Source: an uncultured delta proteobacterium (GTDB lineage: Bacteria; Myxococcota; Myxococcia; Myxococcales; Anaeromyxobacteraceae). Taken from it: DNA of 64,000 nt. A program made the position numbers and the translations under genes. The notes below the pieces were generated by a model. That model made no database searches. It was not told where the DNA came from and saw only the letters and a list, made by a program, of their open reading frames with translations. Positions 52,297 to 63,299 of the stretch are shown one piece after another. Within the stretch, counting starts at the first letter, position 1, and every line of letters starts with the position of its first letter. Where the stretch lies: NCBI GenBank assembly GCA_963766715.1, contig CAVYBH010000008.1:128001-192000 (forward strand), written 5' to 3'.

Positions 52297-53688
52297 ATGA
52301 CCTCGGCCGCCCCGCCCCGCAGCACGCTGGACCGGTTCTTCGGCTTCTCGGAGAGAGGGTCCAGCGTGCGCACGGAGGTGATCGCGGGAGCGACCACCTT
52401 CATGACGATGGCGTACATCCTCCTCGTCAACCCGGTCATCCTGGGGAAGGTGACCGACGTCGCCGGGAACCGTCTCCCGGTTCCGGCGGTGCTCACCTCC
52501 ACGGCGCTGGTGGCGGCCGCGGCGACGCTGGCCATGGGCCTGCTCGCCAACCTTCCGCTCGCGCTGGCCGCGGGCATGGGACTCAACTCGGTGGTGGCCT
52601 TCCAGCTGGTGGCCACCATGCACCTCACCTGGCCACAGGCCATGGGCGTGGTGGTGGCCGAGGGACTGGCGGTCACGCTGCTGGTCCTCTCCGGGTTCCG
52701 CAGGGCCGTGTCCGACGCCGTCCCGCTCGGGATGAAGCGGGCCCTGGGCATCGGCATCGGGCTGCTCCTCACCATCATCGGGCTGGTCGACGCCGGCTTC
52801 GTCTCCCGGAGCCCGGCCGACCCGGTGCCGGTCACGCTCGGCACGGCCGGCCACCTCTCCGGCTTCCCGGTGCTCCTCTTCGTGCTGACCTTCCTGTTCA
52901 CCGGATTCCTCGTCATGCGGGGCGTGAAGGGAGCGCTCCTCATCGGCATCCTCTCCGCCACGGTGGCGGCGGTGGTGGCGAAGCTCGCCTTCGGGGCGGC
53001 CGCCGGGTTCGGGCCCGGCGAGGTGGTCGTCCCGCGCTCCATCTTCGCCGCGCCCGACTTCTCGCAGCTCGGCCGGTTCAGCTTCTCCTTCGTGGGCGCG
53101 CTGGGCGCCGGCGCCGCGGCCCTCACCGTCTTCTCGCTCATGCTCTCCGACTTCTTCGACACGGTCGGCACGGTCGTCGCGGTCGGGCAGGAGGCGCGCT
53201 ACCTGGACGCCAGCGGGAACTGTCCGCGGCCGACCACGGTCCTGCTCGTCGACTCGCTCGCCGCGGTGGCCGGCGGCGCGTCCGGCTCCAGCTCCGCCAC
53301 CACCTACGTGGAGAGCGCCTCGGGCGCCGCCGCGGGAGGCCGCACCGGCCTCGCCTCGGTCGTCACCGCGCTCTGCTTCGCCGCCTGCCTCTTCATCTCC
53401 CCGCTGGCCGGCGTGGTGCCGGCCCAGGCCACCGGCGCGGTGCTCGTGCTGGTCGGCTTCTTCATGATGCGGGACGTGGGCGCCCTGCCCTGGCACGACT
53501 TCACCGAGGCCGTCCCGGCCTTCCTCGTCCTCACCGTCATGCCGTTCACCTACAGCATCACGAACGGCATCGGCGTCGGCTTCATCTCGCTCGTGGTGCT
53601 CAAGCTCCTGGCTGGTCGGGCCCGCGAGATTCACCCGCTCATGTACCTCTCCTCGCTCGGATTCGTCGTGTACTTCGTCGTCAACTGA
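52297..53688 (+). CDS. NCS2 family permease (AzgA/PbuG-type purine permease)
   Basis: TEVIAGATTFMTMAYI..NP, GMGLN, DFFDTVGT, TTYVESASG..GGRTGL, PFTYSITNG. Confidence 0.93.
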   Translation: MTSAAPPRSTLDRFFGFSERGSSVRTEVIAGATTFMTMAYILLVNPVILGKVTDVAGNRLPVPAVLTSTALVAAAATLAMGLLANLPLALAAGMGLNSVVAFQLVATMHLTWPQAMGVVVAEGLAVTLLVLSGFRRAVSDAVPLGMKRALGIGIGLLLTIIGLVDAGFVSRSPADPVPVTLGTAGHLSGFPVLLFVLTFLFTGFLVMRGVKGALLIGILSATVAAVVAKLAFGAAAGFGPGEVVVPRSIFAAPDFSQLGRFSFSFVGALGAGAAALTVFSLMLSDFFDTVGTVVAVGQEARYLDASGNCPRPTTVLLVDSLAAVAGGASGSSSATTYVESASGAAAGGRTGLASVVTALCFAACLFISPLAGVVPAQATGAVLVLVGFFMMRDVGALPWHDFTEAVPAFLVLTVMPFTYSITNGIGVGFISLVVLKLLAGRAREIHPLMYLSSLGFVVYFVVN

Positions 53689-53699
53689 CCGGAGTTCCC

Positions 53700-55021
53700 T
53701 TGACCACTCGCACCATCGGCATCAACGAGCGGCTGCCGCTTCCCCAGGCGCTGCCTCTCGCCCTCCAGCACCTCTTCGCGATGTTCGGAGCCACCGTGCT
53801 GGTTCCGTGGCTCGTCGGGCTCGACACCTCCGTGACGCTCTTCACGAGCGGACTGGGGACGCTCATCTACATCTTCATGACCAAGGGAGGGATCCCGGCC
53901 TACCTGGGGTCCTCCTTCGCCTTCATCGCCGGCCTTCGGGCCCTCATCGGCGATGGAGTCGCTTTCGGGAAGATCGCCCCGCCGGCGCGCGTGGGCGTGG
54001 CCATGGCGGGCTGCGTGGTGGTGGGGCTCATCTACTTCTGGTCGCCCTGGCCATCGGGAAGTTCGGCACCGGGTGGATCGACCGCTTCCTGCCGCCGGTG
54101 GTGATCGGGCCGGTGGTCATGGTGATCGGCCTCGGCCTGGCGCAGGTCGCCGTGGCCATGGCCACGACCGGGTCGGGCGTCGCCGCCAACCTGTTCGACC
54201 CCACCAAGTACAACGGCAAGTTCTTCGCGGTGGCCATGGCGGCCCTCGCCATCGCCGTCCTGGCCGCCATGTTCTTCAAGGGATTCCTGGGGGTCATCCC
54301 GATCCTCATCGGGATCGTCGGCGGGTACGTCGTGGCCTGGTTCGCCGGCCTGGTGGACCTCTCCGCGGTCCGGACGGCCCCGGCCATCGCCCTCCCGGCC
54401 TTCACGTTCCCCATCTTCAACTGGAAGTCGATCCTGGTCCTGGCGCCCGTCTCGCTGGTCGTGATCACCGAGCACATCGGTCACCTGATCGTGACCGAGA
54501 ACGTGGTGGGGAAGAAGCTGGTGAAGGACCCTGGTCTCCACCGGTCGCTGGCCGGCGACGGCATCGCCACCATGGTGGCCGGCTTCCTGGGCGGCCCCCC
54601 CAGCACGACCTACGGGGAGAACATCGGCGTGATGGCCGTCACGCGTGTCTTCTCCGTCTGGGTGATCGGCCTGGCGGCCGTCATCGCCATGGCGCTCTCG
54701 TTCCTCCCGGGCGTCGGCGTCATCATCCGTTCCATCCCCGTCCCCGTGATGGGCGGGATCTGCATCCTGCTCTTCGGGATCATCGCCTCCTCCGGCATCC
54801 GCATGATCGTGGAGGCGGGGATCGATTTCTCGCAGACGCGCAACCTGATCATCTGCTCCGTCATCCTGGTCATCGGGATCGGCGGCGCCAAGATCCACAT
54901 CGGCGGCACGGAGATCGGCGAGATGGCGCTCGCCACGTACGTCGGCGTGCTGCTCAACCTCGTGCTCCCGGCCGCCAAGGGCACGCCGGAAGGCGCGGCC
55001 TCGGCCGTGCCGGACGTGTAG
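53700..55021 (+). CDS. uraA: Uracil/xanthine permease (NCS2, UraA/PyrP-like), frameshift ~54040
   Basis: LQHLFAMFGATVLVP, YLGSSFAF, EHIGH, GLHRSL, TTYGENIGV. Confidence 0.88.
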
Positions 55022-55044
55022 GAAGGGGTCTCGCGCAGGGCGCT

Positions 55045-55081
55045 CTCCGGCCGGTTCGCCGGCCGGGGGCCCCCTCGTTTC
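55045..55081. terminator. Hairpin between convergent genes, probable terminator
   Basis: CCGGCCGG-TTCG-CCGGCCGG stem-loop with a short T run downstream. Confidence 0.55.
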
Positions 55082-55091
55082 CCTCGCCGGT

Positions 55092-55808
55092 TCAGTCGCC
55101 GAGGAAGTACTCGACGGTCGTCACCACGCGAACCACCTTCCGCTCGGGAGAGTTGGGGTCGCGGTCGGTCACGGTGAAGAGCCCCTGCGAGGCGGTCCGG
55201 ATCTTCCCCACCTTGCTGCCCGAGTCCTTGGCGAACTTGGCGGCGGCCTCGCGGGCGCTGACGGTGGCCTGCTCAATCATCTCCGGCTTGATGGCGTTCA
55301 GCCCCGTGAAGAGGAACTGGGGGCGGTTCTCCCAGTCCTGGGCGAGCATGACGCCGCGCCCGACCAGCTGCCCGGAGCGGTCCATGGCCTTCTTCACCGC
55401 GGCCACGTTCTTCGAGCGGACGATGACGGTGGCCTGCTCGAGGTAGCGCGGGCCGGCCGGGCGCCCCGGCTGCCCCATGTTCTCCGTCTGCCGGTCCTGG
55501 ATCCGGGGCACGGCGAAGCTCACCTCCTCGCGAGGGAAGCCCGACTCGACGAGGAAGCCGGCCACCACGTCCCGCTTGGCGTCCACGCGCCGCTGCAGGT
55601 CGGCCAGGTCGTCGCCCGTGTCCTTGAAGGTGACCGGCCAGATGGCGAGGTCGGCGTCCACGTCGCGCTCGGCGAGACCCTTGACGGTGACGAAGCGCTG
55701 GGACTCCCGGATCTGGGTGACGGCGCCGGCCACCGTGAATCCGGCGAAGGCGATCCCGAGTCCGAGGAGCGCTCCGAGGAGCAGGGCGGCGAGGGTGTTT
55801 CGTTGCAT
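55092..55808 (-). CDS. SIMPL domain (DUF541) periplasmic protein
   Basis: VTVKGLAERDVDADLAIW, IKPEMIEQAT, ASQGLF, KVVRVVTTVEY. Confidence 0.9.
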   Translation of the reverse strand: MQRNTLAALLLGALLGLGIAFAGFTVAGAVTQIRESQRFVTVKGLAERDVDADLAIWPVTFKDTGDDLADLQRRVDAKRDVVAGFLVESGFPREEVSFAVPRIQDRQTENMGQPGRPAGPRYLEQATVIVRSKNVAAVKKAMDRSGQLVGRGVMLAQDWENRPQFLFTGLNAIKPEMIEQATVSAREAAAKFAKDSGSKVGKIRTASQGLFTVTDRDPNSPERKVVRVVTTVEYFLGD

Positions 55809-55917
55809 GCGGCCTCCTTAGGCCGCACAGAGGACCACGGCGTCCGGGCAGCGCGCCATCCCAGGCCCCCATCGGTCCGGGTGGCGACACGGACGGTCGT
55901 CCGCTATAACGGAACAC

Positions 55918-56616
55918 ATGCCGACCCTCCGGACCGCCGACCCCTATCGCGACCTGGCCGTCATCGACGCCCGGGCCCCCCGCCTGAACCAGCTCCTGAC
56001 CGGGCTCCTCGCGCTCGGCTCGCTGCTGACCGGCGCCTGGCCGCTCGTGGCGGTCGCGGCCGCGCAGCTCTCGGTCGGGCTCCTGCTGGGCCGGCGCTTC
56101 TGCCTGGCCTGCCGCGTGTACTTCGCCTGGGTGCAGCCGCTCCTCGGCGAGGGGCCGGTCGAGGACGCCCGCCCGGTGAAGTTCGCGAACCAGGTCGGCG
56201 CCACCTTCCTCTGGTCGGCCACCGCCGCCCACCTGGTGGGGCTCCACCTCGTGGGGAACGTCCTCGCCGGCGCGGTGGCCGCGCTGGCCCTCCTCGCGGC
56301 CACCACCGGGTTCTGCGCCGGCTGCTCGCTGTACCGCGGCTGGGCGTTCCTGCGCGGCATCCGCGGCCGGACGCCGGGGCACATCGACCTCGCCGAGGTG
56401 GGAGGGGCTCCCGGGCGGCCCGCGGTGGTCCAGTTCACGCATCCTCTCTGCGCCGACTGCCAGTCGCTTTCGACCCGCCTCTCCGCGCAGGGGGAGGCTC
56501 CGCTCCTGGTGGACGTGTCTCGCCGGCCGGAACTGGCGCGGAAGTACGGGGTGGCGGTGGTGCCGCTGGCCGTGGTCGTGCGCGCCGACGGCAGCGTGGC
56601 CCGGCAGATCCACTAG
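55918..56616 (+). CDS. DUF4395-like membrane domain fused to thioredoxin-like domain
   Basis: IDARAPRLNQ, EDARPVKFA, GFCAGC; FTHPLCADC..LARKYGV..VP. Confidence 0.82.
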   Translation: MPTLRTADPYRDLAVIDARAPRLNQLLTGLLALGSLLTGAWPLVAVAAAQLSVGLLLGRRFCLACRVYFAWVQPLLGEGPVEDARPVKFANQVGATFLWSATAAHLVGLHLVGNVLAGAVAALALLAATTGFCAGCSLYRGWAFLRGIRGRTPGHIDLAEVGGAPGRPAVVQFTHPLCADCQSLSTRLSAQGEAPLLVDVSRRPELARKYGVAVVPLAVVVRADGSVARQIH

Positions 56617-56634
56617 GGCCCTGCCGAGGGCCTG

Positions 56635-57426
56635 CTACGCGGGCGTCATCCAGGCTTCCCAGGCCGCCCCGACGAGGAGCGGGCCGCCGGGCAGCTCGGC
56701 CGGGGGAGCCACGGGCTCGCCCAGGGCGAGCCGCACCAGCGTCGCCGGAAGGTTCGGACCGTACGAGGCGAAGAGCTGGACCCAGGCGGGCAGGCGCGGC
56801 TCGACGCGGCCCACGTGATATCCCGCCGCGTCCCGGACAATCTCCAGCTCCGCCGCCCCGCGGAGCGAGCTCACCGAGAAGAAGCCCTCGCACCGCCGCG
56901 AGCAGCCCCTCGTCCTGGGCGGCCACGCCGACCCAGCGCTGGGACCCCCGCTGCGGCACGACCTTTCGCAGGGCCGCCACGCCGGCGACGCCACCCCGCC
57001 CGTCGCCCACCGCCGCGACCGCATAGGAGACGTCGCCCTGGGCCGTCGCGCGCGACTCCCCGCTCCCGCCGAGGAGGTCGAGCTGGGCGCGGGTGGGGAC
57101 GAAGGTGTGGAGGCCGAGCCCGGCGATCTCCGGCTCGAGACGGGAGATGGCGAGCACGTCGGCGGTGCGGGCGCCGAGCAGCACCTGCACGCCCCATCGG
57201 TCCCGCACGCCCTGGAGCGCCGCGAGGAAGTGCGCGTCGTCGTCGATGGACGTGCCGACCACGCTGGCGAGGCCGAGGTCCGCCGCGCGCAGTCGCGACG
57301 CGTCGTGCTCCCAGGCGAGGCCGACGACCCGGTCGAGCAGCCCCTGCTCCCGGCGCAGGGCGCGCGCGAGCGCGATCCCGGGGCTCGCGGCTCCGGTCTC
57401 GATCATCGCGATGGCGGCGCACCCAT
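56635..57426 (-). CDS. Degenerate, shortened ATP-grasp-like protein, frameshifted
   Basis: PGIALARAL, TFVPT, VAAVGDG, ELEI, RVEPRLPAWV, GPNLPA; central region appears absent. Confidence 0.6.
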
Positions 57427-57518
57427 GCCGCTGCACACTCGAAGACAACAGGCTGGTCCCCTCCAGCGTTTTCGCGGGCGACCCGGTGTCCCCGGCCGTC
57501 CCAGCACCGCCGAGGCTA

Positions 57519-58073
57519 TCACGCCCTTCGCGAGAGCCAACGTCGCAAAAGGGTGATGACGGCCAGGCTCCAGAAGGTTCCCCAGAGCGCGCCGAGCAGC
57601 ACGTCCCCTGGCCAGTGGACGCCGACGTAGATCCGGCTCCAGGCCACGCCGGCGGCCAGCGAGAACAAGAGCGGGGCGAGCATCGGCCAGCCGGCGGCGC
57701 CCACCACCGCCATCGCGAAGAAGTTGGCGGTGTGCAGGCTGGGGATCGATCCCACGTTGGCCGCGGGCGACAGGTAGCGCACGGTGCCGGCCGGGAGCGC
57801 GTAGACGGGGCGGGCCCTCGGGACGAGCGGCCGCAGGACCTGGGAGCCGAGCGCGTCGGTGAGCGCGAGCGCGATGCCCAGCGCCAGGACCCAGCGAAGG
57901 CCCCGGTCGCGCCGGTGCACCAGCAGTGCGACTGCGAGGAGCACCGCCACCGTCCCCCCGAAGACGGGACTCGACAGGAGCCGGGCCAGTCCGTCCATCC
58001 AGGAACCGGCGTCGACGTTGACGGCGCGGAAGAGCCGTTCCTCGACGGCGAGATGGTGGTCGACGGGCGTCAC
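57519..58073 (-). CDS. PAP2 family phosphatase
   Basis: RARP, PSLH, SRIYVGVHWPGDV. Confidence 0.9.
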   Translation of the reverse strand: MTPVDHHLAVEERLFRAVNVDAGSWMDGLARLLSSPVFGGTVAVLLAVALLVHRRDRGLRWVLALGIALALTDALGSQVLRPLVPRARPVYALPAGTVRYLSPAANVGSIPSLHTANFFAMAVVGAAGWPMLAPLLFSLAAGVAWSRIYVGVHWPGDVLLGALWGTFWSLAVITLLRRWLSRRA

Positions 58074-58191
58074 GGGAGGGGACGGAGGCAGGCGAGGATA
58101 CTACGGACCTGCCCCCTCAGGGCCGGTGCGCGCGCAAGCGTCCCGCGGCTACATTCGAGGCTCCGGCCCGGGGGTGCCGCGGAGGGAAGCC

Positions 58192-59463
58192 ATGCTCGCG
58201 AGGATCGCCTTCCTGATCTGCCTGGCCTGGGGATCGGCCCGGGCCGAGGGCTTCGATGCGGGGCCCGGTGTGGCTCGACCCGGCGACGCCGGCGAGGTGG
58301 AACGCCGCGGGCGCGAAGGTCCCGCCCGCGCCCAGGAGCGCGCCCGGCGCCCTGCTCACCGGCCCGTGCACGGCCCAGCTCCGGCAGCCCGCCTCGGCGG
58401 CCGACCGGGCGGTGGCCGCCGCCGGCTGGAGGCTCCTGGGCGCCTCGCAGCGCTTCGGCGACACGGAGGTCGTGGGCGGGCAGTCGGGCTTCGACGGGAT
58501 GTGCCGCCCGACCGGCTACCAGTTCTTCGTCTTCTCGGGCGGCCGCTTCGCGGGAACGGTGTCGCCGGGCCCGATGGACTCCCGCACCGACGGCGCGGCG
58601 CAGGTGCCGGTGCTCGGCTCCGCCCGCGACCTCGCCGTCACGTTCTCCCGGTACACGCCGTCCGACCCGCTCTGTTGCCCGTCCTCCCTCACCACCGTCC
58701 GGTACCGGGTGGACGACCAGCCCCGGGGGCCCGTCCTCCTTCCGGTCGGCGCCACGACCACGCGGACGGGCGATCCGCAGGCAGCCGCGGCGGCTCCCGC
58801 TCCCGACACCGGTCTCTGCACGCCCGCGCCCACCGCCGCCACCTGCGGCCCCGTCCCGGCGGCCGGCGGTCCTTCCGGTCCCTTCCTCCATCGTGATGCG
58901 GGTATGGCACCTGGTCCGCATCCTCATGATGGATGGCGCGGTCCACGTGCCCGATCACCCGGCCAAGTACACGCTCGAGCTGGCGAGCGACGGGCGGGCC
59001 AGCCGTCCGTGCCGACTGCAACCGGGGCACGGCCACCTACGTGATCGACGGCCGCTCGCTGACCTTCGGGCCCATCGCCACCACGCGCGCGACGTGCGCC
59101 CCGGCCTCCCTCTCGGAGCGGTACGTGCAGCAGCTCGGGCTCGTGGCCTCGTACCTGGAGCGCGACGGCAGGCTCCACCTGGCGACGCGCGCCGACGGCT
59201 CCATCCTGGAGTTCCAGCCCGCTCCCGGGTCCGACGGCGTGATCAGCCCGGCCGAGCGATGCAGGCGCGCCGGGGGCACCGTGGGATCGGCCTCCTGCTG
59301 CGGCCTGGTGGGCGACTTCCCGAACACCTGCCTCATGGGCGCGTGCGGTTGCGCGCCCGAGCACAGCCACGAGGTGCAGGTCTGCCGGTGCCCGGAGGGG
59401 CGCTGCTTCGACGGGAAGGCCTGCCTGGAGCCGCGCGGCGGAGGCGCCGCTCAGCTCCGGTAG
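58192..59463 (+). CDS. Secreted protein: LppP/LprE-like + META (HslJ-like) + Cys-rich domains, frameshifted
   Basis: DGMCRP..FVFSGGRFAGT..MDSRTDG, RY..SDPLCCPS; ADCNRG..FGPIATTRATC; terminal Cys cluster. Confidence 0.68.
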
Positions 59464-60772
59464 TCGGCGTTCTCGGTGACGTACTCGTGGCTGCGGTCCG
59501 CGCCGAGGACCTCGGTGGCGGCGGCGCCCATTGCCAGGTCGACGTCGATCTCCACCGACCGCTCGTGCGGGGGGTAGTCGATGGGCACGCGGAAGGTGAG
59601 GCCGTCGGCGGGCGGGACGGACGCGTAGAGCTCCGCGTCCTTCAGCTGCCGGTGGATGAGCCGCTCCTTCTCCGGATCGAGCCGCATGGCCCCACCCTCG
59701 AAGAGGATCTCGCCGCCCATCCGGATCCGGACCGCGGCCGGGTCGAGCGCGAGCCCGGTGCGCCCGGCCTGCTTTCCGATGGCCGCGAGCAGCCGTCCGA
59801 CGTTGGGATCGTTGCCGTTCACCGCGCACTGCACGAGCGGCGAGTTCACCACCGACTTGCCGATCTCCGCGCGCCACCCGGACGCTGGGGGCGCCGCGGA
59901 CGACGACGTGGATGACGTGGTGCACCCCCTCGCCGTTGCGGACCACGTCCTCGGCCAGGTCCCGGCACACGCGGCCGAGCGCCTCGCGGAAGGCGCGCGG
60001 ATCGGGCGCGGGGCGGCGCATCGAGGAGACGAGCGCGACCGTGTCGGAGGTGCTGGTGTCCGAGTCCACGGTGATGGCCTGGAAGCTCCCCTCCACCGCC
60101 TCGTCGAGCGCGGCCCGCAGCTCCTCGCGCGGGACCGACAGGTCGGTGAGGAGGTAGACGAGCATGGTCGCGAGGTCGGGCTCGATCATCCCCGCCCCCT
60201 TGGCGATGCCCACGATGCTCCCCTCGCCCACCGCCGCCCTGCGCACCTTGGGATAGAGGTCGGTGGTGAGGATGGCCTCGGCCGCCGGGAGGATGCTCTC
60301 CCCCTGCAGCGCGGCCACGGCGCCCGGGAGCGCCTCGACCATCGCCTTCACCGGGAGTCGCCAGCCGATGACGCCCGTCGACGAGGGCAGCACCTCCTTC
60401 GCGCCGACGCCGAGGAGCCGCGCGGCGGCGCCGGCCACCTCCTCCGCGGCCGCCACGCCGTCCGGCGCGCAGACGTTCGAGATCTTGTTGTTCACCACCC
60501 AGGCCGCCAGCCGCGGCTCGGCGAGGCGGGCCCGCCCCACGATCACCGGCGCGCCAGGGAAGGCGTTCCGGGTGAACTTCGCGGCGAACGACGGCGTGGG
60601 CTCGTCGGCGGCGATGACGACCAGGTTCATCCGGGCCGGCTTGGGGACCTCCACCGGCACGAACTCGAGCCGGGTGCGACCCGACGCGGAATCCGAGCGG
60701 GAGGCGGGACTGGGTCTCGAGCCAGGCGCGGTGCTCCTCGCGGCTCCGGAAGGTCAGCTGGGTGCTCGGCAT
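59451..60772 (-). CDS. argJ: Ornithine acetyltransferase / N-acetylglutamate synthase, frameshifted
   Basis: SSTGVIG, AILTTD, GIAKGAGMIEPDLATML, TVDSDTSTSD, NSPLV, YVTENADYRS. Confidence 0.95.
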
Positions 60773-60937
60773 GGGGCCCCATCCAAACCCCGCCGGGGCG
60801 TGACGTCAACCGCGCACCTGCCGGGGTGAGACACGGTGTGTCCGTCCCAATCGGGTCCTCCGGGTGGCTTCGCCGCTCCGGCGTTCCTAGATCACGCCGC
60901 CAACCCCAGCCATCCGATTTCCGGAGGAGAAGAATCC

Positions 60938-61299
60938 ATGAAGACCGTTCGCACGCTGCTCGTCGCCGCCCTCGCCGTTCCCGTCCTCGCCTTCGCCCAG
61001 ACCCCGGCGATGCCCGCGCCCCGGCGGTTCCCTCCACCGCCGCCGTCAAGGACGCCGCAGCACGCCACGGGCAAGTCCGCGACCGATGCGACCGCCACCC
61101 AGGCGAAGTCGACCGGCACGCAGCTGAAGGACACCGCCAAGACCGAGGGCAAGAAGCAGTCGAAGACGGGCGTGGACGCGGCCGCCAAGAAGACGGGCGC
61201 CGTCGGCGCGGCCGTGGCCCCTCAGGCGCCAGGAGGCGGCTGGCGACGGGCGTGGACAAGGGCGTGGACGCCGCCGCCGCCAAGGCCGGCATCAAGTAG
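60938..61299 (+). CDS. Small secreted Ala/Lys/Thr-rich low-complexity protein, frameshifted
   Basis: GGAGGAG RBS; signal peptide ..LAFAQ; repeated GVDAAAKK / GVDKGVDAAAAK. Confidence 0.65.
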
Positions 61300-61388
61300 G
61301 CCGGCGTCCTCTTCGTACCCGCGGCCCCGCCGGGTTGACCCTGGCGGGGCCGTCTTGCGTCCGGTCCCCAGGTGCTACGCTGTGAGTG

Positions 61389-62537
61389 ATGGCACCGGAA
61401 GGCGCCCCCGCGCCGGCTCCCGCCGCGATCGAGCTGTCGCGGACGGACGGATCGGCGCTTCTCGGTCCGGCTCGTCGGCGCCTGGCGCCTCGCCGACGAG
61501 CTTCCCCCGGTGGGCGAGGTCGAGCAGGCGCTGGCCCGGCGAGGGCGCGACGGCCGTCCGGGTGGAGGCCTCCGCGCGTCGCCGACTGGGACAGCGGTCT
61601 CGTGGTCTTCCTCTTCGGGCTGCTGGAGTCGTGCCGCGCCCGCGGCGTCGCGGTGGCGTACCAGGCCCTCCCCGGGAACCTCGAGCGCATGCTGGCCCTC
61701 GTGCAGGCGCCGGCCCTCCCGCCTGCCCCGCCGCCCCCGCGCGGCGGATGCTGGAGCGGCTCGGGAAGCGCGCGCTGCGCGTGGCGGGAGAAGGTGCGCG
61801 CCGCCTCCTCTTCGTGGGCGAGACCACGCTGGCGATGGGGCGGATGCTGGTGGGCGGGCGCGATTCCGCGGCCAGGACCTGGGGCTCCTGCTCGAGGGCG
61901 CCGGCCCGTCGGCGCTCCCCATCATCGCGCTCGTGAACTTCCTCGTGGGAATCATCCTGGCCTTCGTCGGCATCACCCAGCTGCGCCGGTTCGGGGCCGA
62001 GTACTACGTGGCCGACATCGTGGGCATCGCGGTGGTCCGGGACATGGCCGCGCTCATCACGGCCATCGTGCTGGCCGGGCGCAGCGGCGCCGCCTATGCG
62101 GCCCAGCTCGCGACCATGAAGGTGACCCAGGAGGTCGACGCGCTCTCCACCCTGGGGATCTCCCCGGTCGAGTTCCTGGTCGTCCCCCGGCTCGTGGCGC
62201 TCACCGTCGATGATGCCCTTCCTCGTCCTGTTCGCGGACCTGATGGGCGTGCTCGGCGGCGCCGCGGTCGGGCACCACCATGATGAACCACCCGCTCTCC
62301 GGCTACCTTCGCCAGACCGCCCAGTCCGTCACCACGGGTGACATCGTCGGCGGCCTGGTGAAGGCGGCGACCTACGGGGCGCTGGTGGCGCTCACCGGGA
62401 CGGCGCGCGGGCTGGCGGCGGAGCGGAGCTCGGAGCAGGTGGGCGTGGCGGCCACCCAGGCGGTGGTGACCGGCATCGTGGCCGTCATCGCCGCCTGCGG
62501 CATCTACCAGTACGTCTTCTTCCTGTTCGGGTTGTGA
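61389..62537 (+). CDS. mlaE: MlaE-family ABC permease with STAS-like N-terminus, frameshifted
   Basis: WDSGLV, LPIIAL, AGRSGAAYAAQLATMKVTQEVDAL, VPR, VGVAATQAVV. Confidence 0.85.
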
Positions 62538-62539
62538 AC

Positions 62540-63290
62540 ATGGCGGACGCGATCCTCGGCGTGCGGGACCTCACCATGGCCTTCGGGGACCGGGTGGTGA
62601 TGGAGCACCTCGACCTCGCGATCGAGGCCGGCGAGATCTACGTGATCATGGGCGGGAGCGGTTGCGGGAAGAGCACGCTCTTGCGCCACATGCTCGGGTT
62701 GCAGGAGCCGGCCTCCGGGGAGGTCTTCTACGGCGCGGAGAGCTTCACCCGCGCCTCCTCCGCCGACCGGGAGCGCCTGCTCCGCCGGGTGGGCGTCCTC
62801 TACCAGGGCAGCGCGCTCTGGACCTCGATGACGCTGGCGGAGAACGTGGCGCTCCCGCTCCAGCAGTTCACGAAGCTGCGCCCAGGGCGCATCCAGGAGG
62901 TGGTGGAGCTGAAGCTGGCGCTGGTCGGGCTCCACGGCTTCGAGGAGTACTACCCGTGGGAGCTCTCCGGCGGCATGCAGAAGCGGGCCGGGCTCGCCCG
63001 GGCCATCGCGCTCGACCCGGAGATCCTCTTCATCGACGAGCCCTCGGCGAGCCTCGATCCCCCGACGGGCCGCCGGCTCGACCGGCTCATCCGGGAGATC
63101 CGCGACGCGCTGCACACCACGGTGGTGGTGGTCACCCACGACGTCGCGAGCATCCTCGGCATCGCCACGCGGGCCCTCTTCCTCGACGGGGAGACCCGCC
63201 GCTCCATCGCCGAGGGGCCCCCCGGCCGAGCTTCGTGACCACGGGCCGGATCCGGTCCGCGCCTTCTTCGCCGGGGGAACCCTCCCCTAG
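62540..63290 (+). CDS. mlaF: MlaF-family ABC ATP-binding protein, indel near end
   Basis: GGSGCGKST, LSGGMQKR, IDEP, VVTHD. Confidence 0.88.
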
Positions 63291-63299
63291 GGAGCCGCC

